Of a stretch of DNA of 64,000 nt, positions 1 through 9,126 are shown piece after piece. Positions within the stretch are counted from its first letter, which is position 1, and each line of letters starts with the position of its first letter. Below the pieces are notes generated by a model. It searched no databases and was not told the origin of the DNA. It saw only the letters and a list, made by a program, of their open reading frames with translations. Source of the DNA: an uncultured bacterium. GTDB taxonomy: Bacteria; Planctomycetota; UBA1135; GCA-002686595. Where the stretch lies: contig CALSNU010000001.1 of the NCBI GenBank assembly GCA_943787795.1, positions 1,184,001 to 1,248,000 of the forward strand, given 5' to 3'. The translations under genes and the position numbers were made by a program.

Positions 1-1
1 C

Positions 2-226
2 GGGGCAGCGCCGGACCCGCAACGCGTGGAGCGTGTCCGAGGCGCAGTGGGTGCAAGCGTCCCGATCCTCATCGGGTCGGGCTTCTCCCTTGAGAACGCC
101 GCCGAGCTGCTCGCCCACGCCGACCGTGCGATCGTCGGGACCGCGGCCAAGGAGGGCGGCGACGTCCGCGCGCCGGTCTGCTCGGATCGAGTTCGCGCGC
201 TCGTGGCCGCGGCGGCGCGCAGCTGA
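2..226 (+). CDS. BtpA/SgcQ family TIM-barrel protein, C-terminal fragment (5' truncated by window)
   Basis: VPILIGSGFSLENAAELLAHADRAIVGT..K.GG....V...RV matches the BtpA C-terminus; frame open to the window edge. Confidence 0.7.
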   Translation, partial: GAAPDPQRVERVRGAVGASVPILIGSGFSLENAAELLAHADRAIVGTAAKEGGDVRAPVCSDRVRALVAAAARS

Positions 227-386
227 CGCTCCTGGCCGCCCAGACCCGTCGCCTCCGACCCGGCGACGGATTCGCCTCGGATCCAGCGATGGGCAGGGCG
301 CGGTCGACGCTCAAGCGGTCCGTCCCGCGGGGCTCCGCCGGTGCCTCCTCAGCCTCAGCGGGCACGGGGCGCGGCCGACGCGCTGG

Positions 387-1292
387 TCAGGCCCTCGTCG
401 CTGTCGGGGCGCCGGGCTCGAAGGAGACCTCGCGGGCGTGCCCGCCCTCCAGCGGCGCTCTGAGCGCCTCGGCGACCGGCGCCATGCCCTCCCTGGGGCC
501 GATGGCGACGATTCCAGAGCCTGCGCCGCTCAGGCACGCGGCGTAGGCGCCCGCCTCGAGGGCCGCGGCCACCGCCTTGTCCGCGCCTGGGATCAGCGCC
601 CGTCGGAACCGTTCGTGCAGGCGGTCGTGGACGCCGAGGGTCAGCCGGCGCGCTTGGCCGGTCCGGAGGCCGTCCAGAAGCAGGGCCAGACGGCGCGGAT
701 TCTCCACCGCGTCGGCGAAGGGCACCGATTCGGGGAGGACCGCCCTCGATTGCTCGGTGAAGAGGGGCGCTTCGGGCCAGGCGAGGGCGAAGCCCAGGGA
801 GGGGTGGATCGGGTGCTGGAGAACCTCCAGCCCATCTTCGTGGGGGATCGAGAGCGTGCAACCGCCCAGCAGGGAGGCGGTTCCGTTGTCGGGGTGCCCC
901 TCGAGCTCAAGGGCGAGGTGCACCAGCTCGGTTCGCGCTCGGGGGCCTGTGGGGTCGACCTCGGCGGCGATGAGCAGCCCCGCTGCGGTCGCGGCGCCGC
1001 TACTCCCGAAGCCGCGGCCCACCGGAATCTCGGAGGAGACGGAGACCTTCAGCGAGGGAAGGGTGACGTCAAAGTGCTCGGAGTAGCGTTGCATGGAGCG
1101 GACGATGAGATCCTCGTCGTCCGCCCAGGCCGCGGCGGGAGACCAGTCGACCTCCCTGGCGATTGGCGGTGCCCCCGCATCAACGCAGACGTCGATGTCC
1201 AGGAAGAGGCCGAGGCACAAACCGAGGGAGTCGAAGCCCGGGCCAAGGTTGGAGGTGGAGCACGGAACTCGCAGCGCGAAGCGGTCGCTCAT
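387..1292 (-). CDS. thrB: Homoserine kinase
   Basis: VPCSTSNLGPGFDSLG, GHMP motif IPVGRGFGSSGAA, EGHPDN, DRLHE, LSGAGS. Confidence 0.93.
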   Translation of the reverse strand: MSDRFALRVPCSTSNLGPGFDSLGLCLGLFLDIDVCVDAGAPPIAREVDWSPAAAWADDEDLIVRSMQRYSEHFDVTLPSLKVSVSSEIPVGRGFGSSGAATAAGLLIAAEVDPTGPRARTELVHLALELEGHPDNGTASLLGGCTLSIPHEDGLEVLQHPIHPSLGFALAWPEAPLFTEQSRAVLPESVPFADAVENPRRLALLLDGLRTGQARRLTLGVHDRLHERFRRALIPGADKAVAAALEAGAYAACLSGAGSGIVAIGPREGMAPVAEALRAPLEGGHAREVSFEPGAPTATRA

Positions 1293-1479
1293 GGACCCCA
1301 GTCTATGTCGTCGTTGCGACGTTCTTGCTGTTGGCCTGCCGGATGACTAACGTGGGGAGGTCAACGCGCCGGCCGCACCTGGCGTGACGACACCTTCCCG
1401 GGTCTGTTCGGCTCAGATGCTGCGTCGCCCCGACCCTGGATATCCACGCTCCGCACCGTAGGAACCAGGAGGTTGCCCC

Positions 1480-1746
1480 ATGTCCGTCGACTTCACTTGT
1501 GATGAGAAGGACCGTTTCTCTTCTCGTCTGTCCACTATCCCCGGGATCCGACCGCTGCCCTCGGTCGGCGACTGGATCCTCCTGGAGGTCACCAAGCCCC
1601 AGGAGATCGCGCGCAAGGTCAACCGCCGCCTCGAGCCCGGGATCATGAGCGTCCCGCGCGGCATGGACGGGGCGGTTCGCGTCCACGTTGGCGACCCCAA
1701 GATCAACGAGCAGGTCCTCAGGACCCTCCGCGACCTGGTGGCCTGA
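1480..1746 (+). CDS. Small protein resembling the isolated C-terminal (small) domain of HisC-type PLP aminotransferases
   Basis: SD AGGAGG upstream; good codon pattern; LSTIPGIRPLPSVGDWILLEV...GAVRVHVGDPKINEQVLRTL resembles the HisC C-terminus. Confidence 0.65.
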   Translation: MSVDFTCDEKDRFSSRLSTIPGIRPLPSVGDWILLEVTKPQEIARKVNRRLEPGIMSVPRGMDGAVRVHVGDPKINEQVLRTLRDLVA

Positions 1747-1768
1747 TCGGAGGCTCCTGCGGGGCCCG

Positions 1769-1832
1769 CCTGGCTGTCCTCACCTGGCTGTCCTCACCTG
1801 GCTGTCCTCACCTGGCAGTCCTGACCTGGCAG
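1769..1832. repeat. 14-bp tandem repeat CCTGGCTGTCCTCA x~4.5
   Basis: three perfect copies, one degenerate and one partial, read directly. Confidence 0.95.
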
Positions 1833-2072
1833 GGCCGACCCAGCGGGTCCCACCTGACGAGGTTGACCTGGCGTGGCCTCTGCAGAGGCGGCCTGTCTTG
1901 CCTCCCTGGACCCATGGGCGCCCGGTTCGGACCACGAGCCGGGCGCCCGGTCCGTTCAAGGCCCTGGTGGGTCTCCGCTGACCCGCTGACCTGCCGCACC
2001 GCGCGCGCACCGCGCGCGACGAACTGCACTCCCCCGATGACGGCCCGCGTGGCCGGGGGCTATCCTCGGGCC

Positions 2073-3575
2073 ATGCTCAGACTCCTCTGCTCGCTGCTCC
2101 TCCTCGCGCCAGCCGCGCCCGCTCTCCAGGACACAGCTCTCCAGGGCACAGTTCTCAGGGATACAGCGCGCCAGGAAACCGCGCGCGAGGACGCTGACGG
2201 CTTCCCCGGCGACCTCACTGTCAGCGCAGAAGTCGGCGCCGATGAGCTGCGCGGTCATGTGCAGGCGCTCGCCTCCGATGCCATGCAAGGACGGGCCATG
2301 GGCAGCGAGGGGAGCCACGCCACGGCGCGCTATCTCGCCGCGCGCCTCGCCGCGGCGGGATTCGAGCCGGGCGCAGGCGAGGGCTCCTTCCTGCAGCGGA
2401 TCCCCCTGCAGCGCTTGAACTACAGCGGCGTCCCCGAGCTCCTGGTCAAAGGCAAGGGGCTCGAGGAGGTGCTCTACAACGGGGAGAGCTTCACCTTCTC
2501 CTCGCGGGGAGCCATCCCCGGCGAGCCGCGGACGTTCAAGGTTCAGGTGGTCCGCGAGGAGTCGGACGTCCCCTCCGAGGCGAACGCGGAGCTCGCCCTG
2601 GTCATGACCACGTCGGCCATGAAGTCGCGGCGCTGGCTCAGCGACGCCGGGCACGGGGGCGGAGAGGGCTTCGGCATGATTGTCCTCCCGCGCAAGGCCA
2701 AGGCGCGCGAGCGATCAAAGCCCAATGGCAGCTCGCTCGGCCCGGTCGCAGCGGGCGGCAGCGCCGCCGTGCAGCTGTCGCTCCGCGGGCCGTGGAGCGA
2801 GCGGTTCTCAAGCGGCGATGTGCAGGAGATCACCCTCGACGCCAAGGCCTCGGTCGAGGAGGGCGAGGACTTCAACGTGGTCGGGTTCCTGAAGGGGGCG
2901 GGCTCGGAGGGTTCCCCTGAGCTCGCGGATGAGATCGTCGTCCTGTCTGCCCACCGGGATCACATCGGCGTCAGCTCCCGGATTCAGCGCGGCGACGCCG
3001 AGGCGGACGCGATCATGAACGGGGCGGACGACGATGCGTCAGGCTGCGCCGCCGTGATGGAGGTGGCGGAGGCCCTCGCCGCTGGGGAGCGCCCCGTCCG
3101 GTCTGTGGTGGCGATCTTCGACACGGGCGAGGAGCGGGGGTTCGTGGGCTCGACGTACTGGGTGGCGAACCCGACGCACCCGATTGACCGGGTCGTGTGC
3201 GCCCTGAACTTCGAGATGTTGGGCCGTCCAGATCCGCTCGTTGGTGGGGCCGGCAACGTCTGGCTGACCGGGGACGATCGATCCGATCTCGGGCCGGGGT
3301 TGCGGGAGCGGGGCATCGCGGTCAAGGCGGACCTGCGCCCTGGCATGAGCTTCTTCACTCGCTCCGACAACGTCCCCTTTGCCAGGGCCGGGATCGTGGC
3401 CCAGACCCTCTCTACGTACGGGGAGCACACGGACTATCACCAGCCGTCCGACGAGTGGCAAACCCTCGACTACCAGCACATGGAGACCGCCGTCCGGGTC
3501 TGCCTCGAGGCGGCGAGAGCGCTCGTCAACGAGCCCTGGCGGCCGGCCTGGAATGAGGGCGAGCCGCGCCTCTGA
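2073..3575 (+). CDS. Exported M28 family metallopeptidase
   Basis: signal peptide; SAHRDH, NGADDDASG, GEERG, NFEM, RSDN, DYHQPSD motifs. Confidence 0.9.
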   Translation: MLRLLCSLLLLAPAAPALQDTALQGTVLRDTARQETAREDADGFPGDLTVSAEVGADELRGHVQALASDAMQGRAMGSEGSHATARYLAARLAAAGFEPGAGEGSFLQRIPLQRLNYSGVPELLVKGKGLEEVLYNGESFTFSSRGAIPGEPRTFKVQVVREESDVPSEANAELALVMTTSAMKSRRWLSDAGHGGGEGFGMIVLPRKAKARERSKPNGSSLGPVAAGGSAAVQLSLRGPWSERFSSGDVQEITLDAKASVEEGEDFNVVGFLKGAGSEGSPELADEIVVLSAHRDHIGVSSRIQRGDAEADAIMNGADDDASGCAAVMEVAEALAAGERPVRSVVAIFDTGEERGFVGSTYWVANPTHPIDRVVCALNFEMLGRPDPLVGGAGNVWLTGDDRSDLGPGLRERGIAVKADLRPGMSFFTRSDNVPFARAGIVAQTLSTYGEHTDYHQPSDEWQTLDYQHMETAVRVCLEAARALVNEPWRPAWNEGEPRL

Positions 3576-3660
3576 CGGCGCCCGTGTGACGTGAAACCTC
3601 AGCGAGGGCGCGAAAGTCGCGCTCTCGCTCGCTAACCTGCTCGCTCGCTGCGCAACGGCG

Positions 3661-3735
3661 CGAGCACAGAGTCCTCGAGCACAGAGACCTCGAGCACAGA
3701 GTCCTCGAGCGCAGAGACCTCGAGCACCAAGACCC
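3661..3735. repeat. 15-bp tandem repeat CGAGCACAGAG(T/A)CCT x~5
   Basis: read directly, just upstream of the 3747 ATG. Confidence 0.93.
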
Positions 3736-3746
3736 AGGGGGACCAG

Positions 3747-4709
3747 ATGGCCTCAAGCACCAAGACAAAATCTGACAAGGCCAAGGGCTCCGGCAAGGGC
3801 AAGGGCCCCGGCAAGAGCAAGGGCGACGGCAAGGGATCCGGGGGCGAGGAGCGCCGGCGGACATCGCGCGCCAAGGATCAGCCGGGCAAGGACGGCAAGA
3901 AGCGGGATCGGCGGATGAACGCCAAGAACGCTGACCGGTTCGAGCTGTATCAGCGCGCGGTCAACTCCCCCGAGACCGACATCGACTTCCTCGAGAAGGC
4001 GTATGCGCACTACCGCGAAGGGACCCCCCTTCGCTTCCGGGAGGACTTCTGCGGCACGGCCTCCATGTGCTCGGAGTGGGTGCGCCGTGACCCGGCCCGC
4101 TCGGCGGAGGGCGTCGACCTCGACGCCGAGCCGGTGGAGTGGGGTAAGCGCAACAACTTCATCAAGGTGGAGGACGGGATCGAGCGCGTGGAGTTCCGGC
4201 TCGACGACGTGCGCTCGGCCTCTCCGCAGAAGCCGGACATCACCGCGGCGCAGAACTTCAGCTACTGGTGCTTCAAGACGCGCAAGGAGCTGGTCGACTA
4301 CTGCAAGTCCGTGCGTGAGAACCTCGCGGACGACGGCATCTTCGTCATGGACCTCTACGGCGGCCCCGAGGCCACCGTCGAGCAGGAGGAGCTCCGCTCC
4401 CTCGGCGGCGGGATCGAGTACGTCTGGGACCAGCGCGAGTATGTGCCGGGCACCGGGCAGTTCCTCACGGCCATCCACTTCCGATTCCGTGACGGCTCCG
4501 AGCTGACCAACGCCTTCGAGTACGACTGGCGCTTCTGGCACCTCGGTGAGATCCGCGACGTCCTCTACGACGCGGGCTTCTCGGACGTCACGACCTGGTT
4601 CGAGGGTACGGACCCTGACGACGAGGACGAGGGCGACGGCGTCTTCGAGATCGACGAGCGCGGTGAGAACTGCGAGGCCTGGCTGGGCTACCTCGTCTCG
4701 GCGAAGTGA
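3747..4709 (+). CDS. Class I SAM-dependent methyltransferase with Lys/Gly-rich N-terminal tail
   Basis: REDFCGTA motif I variant, GVDLD, GIFVMDLYGG; SD-like GGGGGA. Confidence 0.8.
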   Translation: MASSTKTKSDKAKGSGKGKGPGKSKGDGKGSGGEERRRTSRAKDQPGKDGKKRDRRMNAKNADRFELYQRAVNSPETDIDFLEKAYAHYREGTPLRFREDFCGTASMCSEWVRRDPARSAEGVDLDAEPVEWGKRNNFIKVEDGIERVEFRLDDVRSASPQKPDITAAQNFSYWCFKTRKELVDYCKSVRENLADDGIFVMDLYGGPEATVEQEELRSLGGGIEYVWDQREYVPGTGQFLTAIHFRFRDGSELTNAFEYDWRFWHLGEIRDVLYDAGFSDVTTWFEGTDPDDEDEGDGVFEIDERGENCEAWLGYLVSAK

Positions 4710-4860
4710 GGCTCTGCCGCGGCCGAGCCGCGAGCCCGACCGCGGATCCAAGCCAACGGCCCGGCGCCCCCTCAGGGAGCGCCGGGCCGTTCAAATAGCG
4801 CGGGGCTTTGGGTGTCAGGCATTCGACGGGCAGGCCGCGGGACCCCGCCCGCCCTGAAGC

Positions 4861-5934
4861 TCAGTGCCGCAGGTCGGTCACGTTCTGCACCATGAAGTTC
4901 TCGTCCACGTCGAAGGCGATGGGGGTCGTGATGCCGTAGCCGCGCTTGAGCGCCGGCAGCGTCACCTTCTGGGAGGGCTCGGGGAGCAGCTCGCAGAGGT
5001 TGTTCTCGGCGGTGTCCTTGTTCTCGATGATCCGCAGGAGCACCAGGCTCTGGCCGCCCGCGGCGCCGCCGTCGCTGGCCCAGCGGCTCGGGTCGTTCTG
5101 GGCCTCCTCCCAGAGCTCCTCCAGGTGCTCCTTGCAGACCTCGCAGGTCTGGCGGTAGACGACCACGTGGCTGTTCGGGAGGACCGCGCCCATGCTCTGA
5201 TCGGCGAAGGCCGCGATGTCGGTGGCGTAGAAGTCCTGGCCGGTCCACTCCGTCGAGCGGAGCTCGTAGAACTCAGGCAGCTCACCGCTCGGCTCCGTGG
5301 CCTCCTCCTCAGCCGGCGCGGGCCTGGGCTCTTCGGTTCCGCCGGCGGACGGGCCCGGGTCGGCGCCTTCAGGTCCCGGATCGGCGGCCTGGCCGTCGCC
5401 CTCGCCCTGTGGGGCGGCAGCGGTGATCCCATTGGGGCGGATCAACGTGGGGAGCGTCGGCGGGTCGAGCTTCATCAGGGGGGCGACGATCGCTACGAGG
5501 AGGAAGGGGATGAATGCGGGTGCGCCAAGCCCGGCCTCCTTCGGCAGCCGCCATGGGGCGGAGAAGAGCAGCAGCCCCAGGAGGCTCCCGTCGATGAGCA
5601 TCATCTGCCACGGCGCGATGGTCACGTTGGAGCCGAAGCACCCGCACGAGGACTCGCCCCCAAGGGCGAGCGGGACGAGCACCGCGAGGAACACCGAGAA
5701 GATCCCGCTCAGGGCGATCCAGCCGAGGCGAGGGACGGTGAGCACGAGCCCGACCACCGCGAACTCCGCCGCGATCGCGAGCCGGAAGGTGTTGAACTTG
5801 TCGAAGGGCGAGTGCTCGACCACCGGCTGGGGGAGGTCGTTGGGGGACCCATCGAAGAACTTATAGAGCGCCCCGGCAAGGAGCCAGAGGAGGCCACAGG
5901 CGAGGGCGAAGCCGGGGAGGCGGGGACGGTCCAT
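4861..5934 (-). CDS. MauE/DoxX-family membrane protein with C-terminal CxxC domain
   Basis: about 5 TM segments, SCGCFG motif, Pro-rich linker, CEVC. Confidence 0.7.
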   Translation of the reverse strand: MDRPRLPGFALACGLLWLLAGALYKFFDGSPNDLPQPVVEHSPFDKFNTFRLAIAAEFAVVGLVLTVPRLGWIALSGIFSVFLAVLVPLALGGESSCGCFGSNVTIAPWQMMLIDGSLLGLLLFSAPWRLPKEAGLGAPAFIPFLLVAIVAPLMKLDPPTLPTLIRPNGITAAAPQGEGDGQAADPGPEGADPGPSAGGTEEPRPAPAEEEATEPSGELPEFYELRSTEWTGQDFYATDIAAFADQSMGAVLPNSHVVVYRQTCEVCKEHLEELWEEAQNDPSRWASDGGAAGGQSLVLLRIIENKDTAENNLCELLPEPSQKVTLPALKRGYGITTPIAFDVDENFMVQNVTDLRH

Positions 5935-6027
5935 GCTGAGTCAGGGGCGAAGTGGAGGGGGTGCCGCGCGTACGGCGAGGCGGTGGGCGCGTTGGCGTCG
6001 CCAGGGAATCCTACCGGGGCACAGGCT

Positions 6028-6600
6028 CTATTGCGGCAGGGAGGCCAGCGCAGCGGGGAGGGCCTCCCTGCGGCCCCAGACCGGGTCGAAGAGCCACATG
6101 AAGGGACAGCGGGCGAGGGCAGCCTCGGCGGCGGGGCCGGCGCCCTCCGCGAAGATCTCGAGCTCCTGGTCGCGCGCCTCGGGCCCGAGGACGAGGAAGG
6201 GCAGCCCGTCCCTCAGGCCCACGGGGACGGAGCGGGCGGAGGGGGGGAGCCCGGGTCCCTGGAGCAGGGCCTCCAGTCCCCAGCGCGTCGCGGCCGCCGC
6301 GATGGCGGCGGCCCGCTCTGGCGCGACGAAGCCGCCCACGAAGGCTCGCCGGCCCCAGTCGAGGTCATCGTGGCCCGGCGCGAAGGGCTCCCCAGGCTGG
6401 GAGGCCACGGGGAGGAGCCCGGCGTCCACGGCCTGGAGCAGTCCGTCGCGCAGGTCGTCGGTCTCCTCATCAAGGTCTCCCGCGCCCCAGCCAGGGAACC
6501 GGTCGATCGCCCCGGTCAGGAAGCGCCGGGTGAGCCGCAGGAGTTCCTCGAGGGTCGCCGCGCTTGACCAGTCCGCCGCGTCCCCAGGCGCGCCGCTCAA
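6028..6600 (-). CDS. Hypothetical protein, DUF6919-like
   Basis: WSSAATLEEL..FPGW...DEET..L..SQPG..RAFVGG pattern; TTG start overlaps the stop of the upstream M48 gene (start inferred). Confidence 0.6.
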   Translation of the reverse strand: MSGAPGDAADWSSAATLEELLRLTRRFLTGAIDRFPGWGAGDLDEETDDLRDGLLQAVDAGLLPVASQPGEPFAPGHDDLDWGRRAFVGGFVAPERAAAIAAAATRWGLEALLQGPGLPPSARSVPVGLRDGLPFLVLGPEARDQELEIFAEGAGPAAEAALARCPFMWLFDPVWGRREALPAALASLPQ

Positions 6601-7721
6601 TCGTCCTCGGGCGCCCCAACCCGGTCGAGGATATCCGCCCAGTCGATGTCGAGCGGGTCCGGCTCCACGCCCTCGGCGGCGTCGACCTGTGCCTGGATGT
6701 CGTCGACCCGCGTCGAGTGCATGGGGTGGGTGCTCATCCAGCCGAGCACCCCCGGGGTCTCGCCGTACTTCTCCTTGAGGATGAGGAAGAACTCGCCCAG
6801 CTCTTTGGCGTCGAGGCCCGCACGGATCATCGCGGTGGTCCCGAGTACGTCCGCCTCCGTCTCCTGGGAACGGTCCCACTCGCGTCCCTTGGCGAGGGCG
6901 AGTACATCGCCGGCCATGCCGACCAGGCCGCCCGTGCCGCCGAAGATGAGCTGCACGCCGGCGAAGAGCCCGAGCTGGTTCGCGACCCGACGGAGGCCGT
7001 GACGCTGGAGCACGTGGGCCATCTCGTGGCCGATCACACCGGCGACCATGTCGGGGCTCGTCGCCTCCTCGATCAGGCCCGTGTAGACCGTGATATAGCC
7101 GCCGGGGAGGGCGAAGGCGTTGACCTCCTCGCTGTCCACCACGCGCACGTTCCAGGTCACCTCGGCAGGGTTGACGTCGGTGTCCTGGAACTCGCCGCTG
7201 AGGCGCTCGACCATGAGCTCGATGGCCTGCTGCACCTCGGCGTCATCGACCACGTCGCTCACCTCCATCGACTCCTCGGTGACCCGCCCGAGCTCCTCAT
7301 CGACGGAGTAGGGGAGCTGGTCCACCGTGGCGTCCATCGTGCTCCGGAAGCACCCCGGCACCGCGGTCACGAGGACCCATACGAGGACCAGGAACCCCAG
7401 GCACCCCAGGATGCTCGACCCCTTGAGGCCGACCTGACCGCCGACGAGCTTGGCGAGCTCGCGGTCGAGGGTGTTGCCAGCGGCGCCCTCCAGCGAGCGC
7501 AGGAAGCCCGGGTCGTCGGAGCCCAGGACCCGGTCGCGGGTCACGACGAGGACGGCGCCGTCCGCCTCGTCCCGCCGCAGCTTGACGTGTCGCCACGGCT
7601 CCATCGCTCCGCCGTCGACCGAGATCCCCTCGAGGTCGAGGGTCAGCTTGATCGGGCGTCTCTGGCCACCGGCGACATGAAAGCCGTCGAGGACCATGTG
7701 GGTCTTGAACTCGTCCTGCAT
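6597..7721 (-). CDS. M48 family zinc metallopeptidase, single TM
   Basis: NAFALPGG, GHEMAH (HExxH), ETEAD, STHP. Confidence 0.92.
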   Translation of the reverse strand: MQDEFKTHMVLDGFHVAGGQRRPIKLTLDLEGISVDGGAMEPWRHVKLRRDEADGAVLVVTRDRVLGSDDPGFLRSLEGAAGNTLDRELAKLVGGQVGLKGSSILGCLGFLVLVWVLVTAVPGCFRSTMDATVDQLPYSVDEELGRVTEESMEVSDVVDDAEVQQAIELMVERLSGEFQDTDVNPAEVTWNVRVVDSEEVNAFALPGGYITVYTGLIEEATSPDMVAGVIGHEMAHVLQRHGLRRVANQLGLFAGVQLIFGGTGGLVGMAGDVLALAKGREWDRSQETEADVLGTTAMIRAGLDAKELGEFFLILKEKYGETPGVLGWMSTHPMHSTRVDDIQAQVDAAEGVEPDPLDIDWADILDRVGAPEDD

Positions 7722-7758
7722 GGGGGAATCGTGGTCTCGCTACAGGCACAATAGCGAC

Positions 7759-9126
7759 ATGCGCCTCGGAATCGTCCTCCTTGCCCTGCTCAGTGGGAGC
7801 TGCGGTGGCCCGCCGCAGAGTGGATCTGTGGATTCGCGTCCTGACCTTCTCCTGCTGGTCTCGGACGACCAGGGAGTGGTGCTGGGGTGCTATGGCGCTG
7901 AGGGGGTGCAGACCCCCCGGCTGGACGCCATGGCCCGAGATGGGCGCCGCTTCACGCGGGCCTACGCACCGAGCGCCGTCTGTACCCCGTCCCGCTCCTC
8001 GATCTACACGGGGCTCATGCCGGCCAGGCACGGCGCCAACGGCTTCGGGCCCATTGTCGACGGCGTCCCCGTGTGGGGGGAGCTGCTCGGTGATGCGGGC
8101 TACCGCACGGGGCTCATCGGCAAGGTCGGCGCGAAGCCACTGCGCCGCTTCCCGTTCGACTTCCTCTCCCGCTCCGGTCGCGCGGACGAGGGGGCCCGCA
8201 GCCTCCGGTGGCACGTGGAGCAGCTCGACGCCTTCCTCCAGGAGGATGACGGTCGTCCGTGGGCACTCGTGGTGAACTTCCGCGACAGCCACTGGCCCTT
8301 TCCCACCGACGGCGCGCCCTTCGGGGAGGGCTCCCCGCCGCCCCATGACCCTGCGGCGGTCGCCGTCCCAGGTGCGCTCGTGGATACCCCCGTGGTCCGG
8401 GCCGAGCTCGCACGCTTCCATGACGGCCTCCGGCGTATGGACGCCACGGTGGGGGCCGTGCTCGACCGCCTGGCCGAGGAGGAGAGGGACAATGTCGTCG
8501 GGTTCTTCACCAGCGACAACGGGCCGCCGTTCCCCCTCGCCAAGACGACCCTCTACGAGGCCGGGATTCACATGCCGCTCCTCGCGTTCGGGCCCGGGGT
8601 CGAAGCTGGTGACGACGATCACCTCGTGTCTCTCACCGACCTGCTGCCGACCTTTCTAGACCTCGCAGGGAGCCCTGGCGTGGCAGGAGCCTTCGACGGT
8701 CGGTCCCTGGTGCCGCTGCTCGAGGGCGGCGACCCGCAGGACTGGCGGACGAGTATCTTCGCGACTCACGATGCCCACCGGGTGGAGCCCGCCGTCCCCT
8801 CACGCTCGGTCCGCTTCGGTGACTGGAAGTACATCCGCACCTGGGGCGAGGGGCTGAGCTTCGAGAACGCTGTGATGCTCACGTCCGACACCTGGCACGA
8901 GATGGTGCGCGGTGCATCGGAGGGCGACGCGGGCCTCGCCCGCCGAGTCCAGCGCCTGCGGTTCCGACCGTCGGAGGAGCTCTATGACCTCGGCCGCGAC
9001 CCCGAGGAGCTTGTGAACCTCGCGGAGGACCCTGGGGCGCCTGTGGCGACTGAGGCCGCGGAGGCCCTCGCCGAGGGGCGTCGGCTGCTGGCCGGGACCG
9101 ACCTCGTCAGCGACCCCGGGCGCTGA
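7759..9126 (+). CDS. Sulfatase (S1, N-sulfoglucosamine sulfohydrolase-like), putative lipoprotein
   Basis: SDD, CTPSRSSIYTG formylglycine motif, GYRTGLIGK, SDNG, K.TLYEAG; LSGSC possible lipobox. Confidence 0.92.
   Translation: MRLGIVLLALLSGSCGGPPQSGSVDSRPDLLLLVSDDQGVVLGCYGAEGVQTPRLDAMARDGRRFTRAYAPSAVCTPSRSSIYTGLMPARHGANGFGPIVDGVPVWGELLGDAGYRTGLIGKVGAKPLRRFPFDFLSRSGRADEGARSLRWHVEQLDAFLQEDDGRPWALVVNFRDSHWPFPTDGAPFGEGSPPPHDPAAVAVPGALVDTPVVRAELARFHDGLRRMDATVGAVLDRLAEEERDNVVGFFTSDNGPPFPLAKTTLYEAGIHMPLLAFGPGVEAGDDDHLVSLTDLLPTFLDLAGSPGVAGAFDGRSLVPLLEGGDPQDWRTSIFATHDAHRVEPAVPSRSVRFGDWKYIRTWGEGLSFENAVMLTSDTWHEMVRGASEGDAGLARRVQRLRFRPSEELYDLGRDPEELVNLAEDPGAPVATEAAEALAEGRRLLAGTDLVSDPGR

Noticed and set aside
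1300..1479. Riboswitch or ncRNA upstream of the 1480 ORF
   Set aside because: Possible GC hairpins, but no family motif I can recognise; would need an Rfam/Infernal scan
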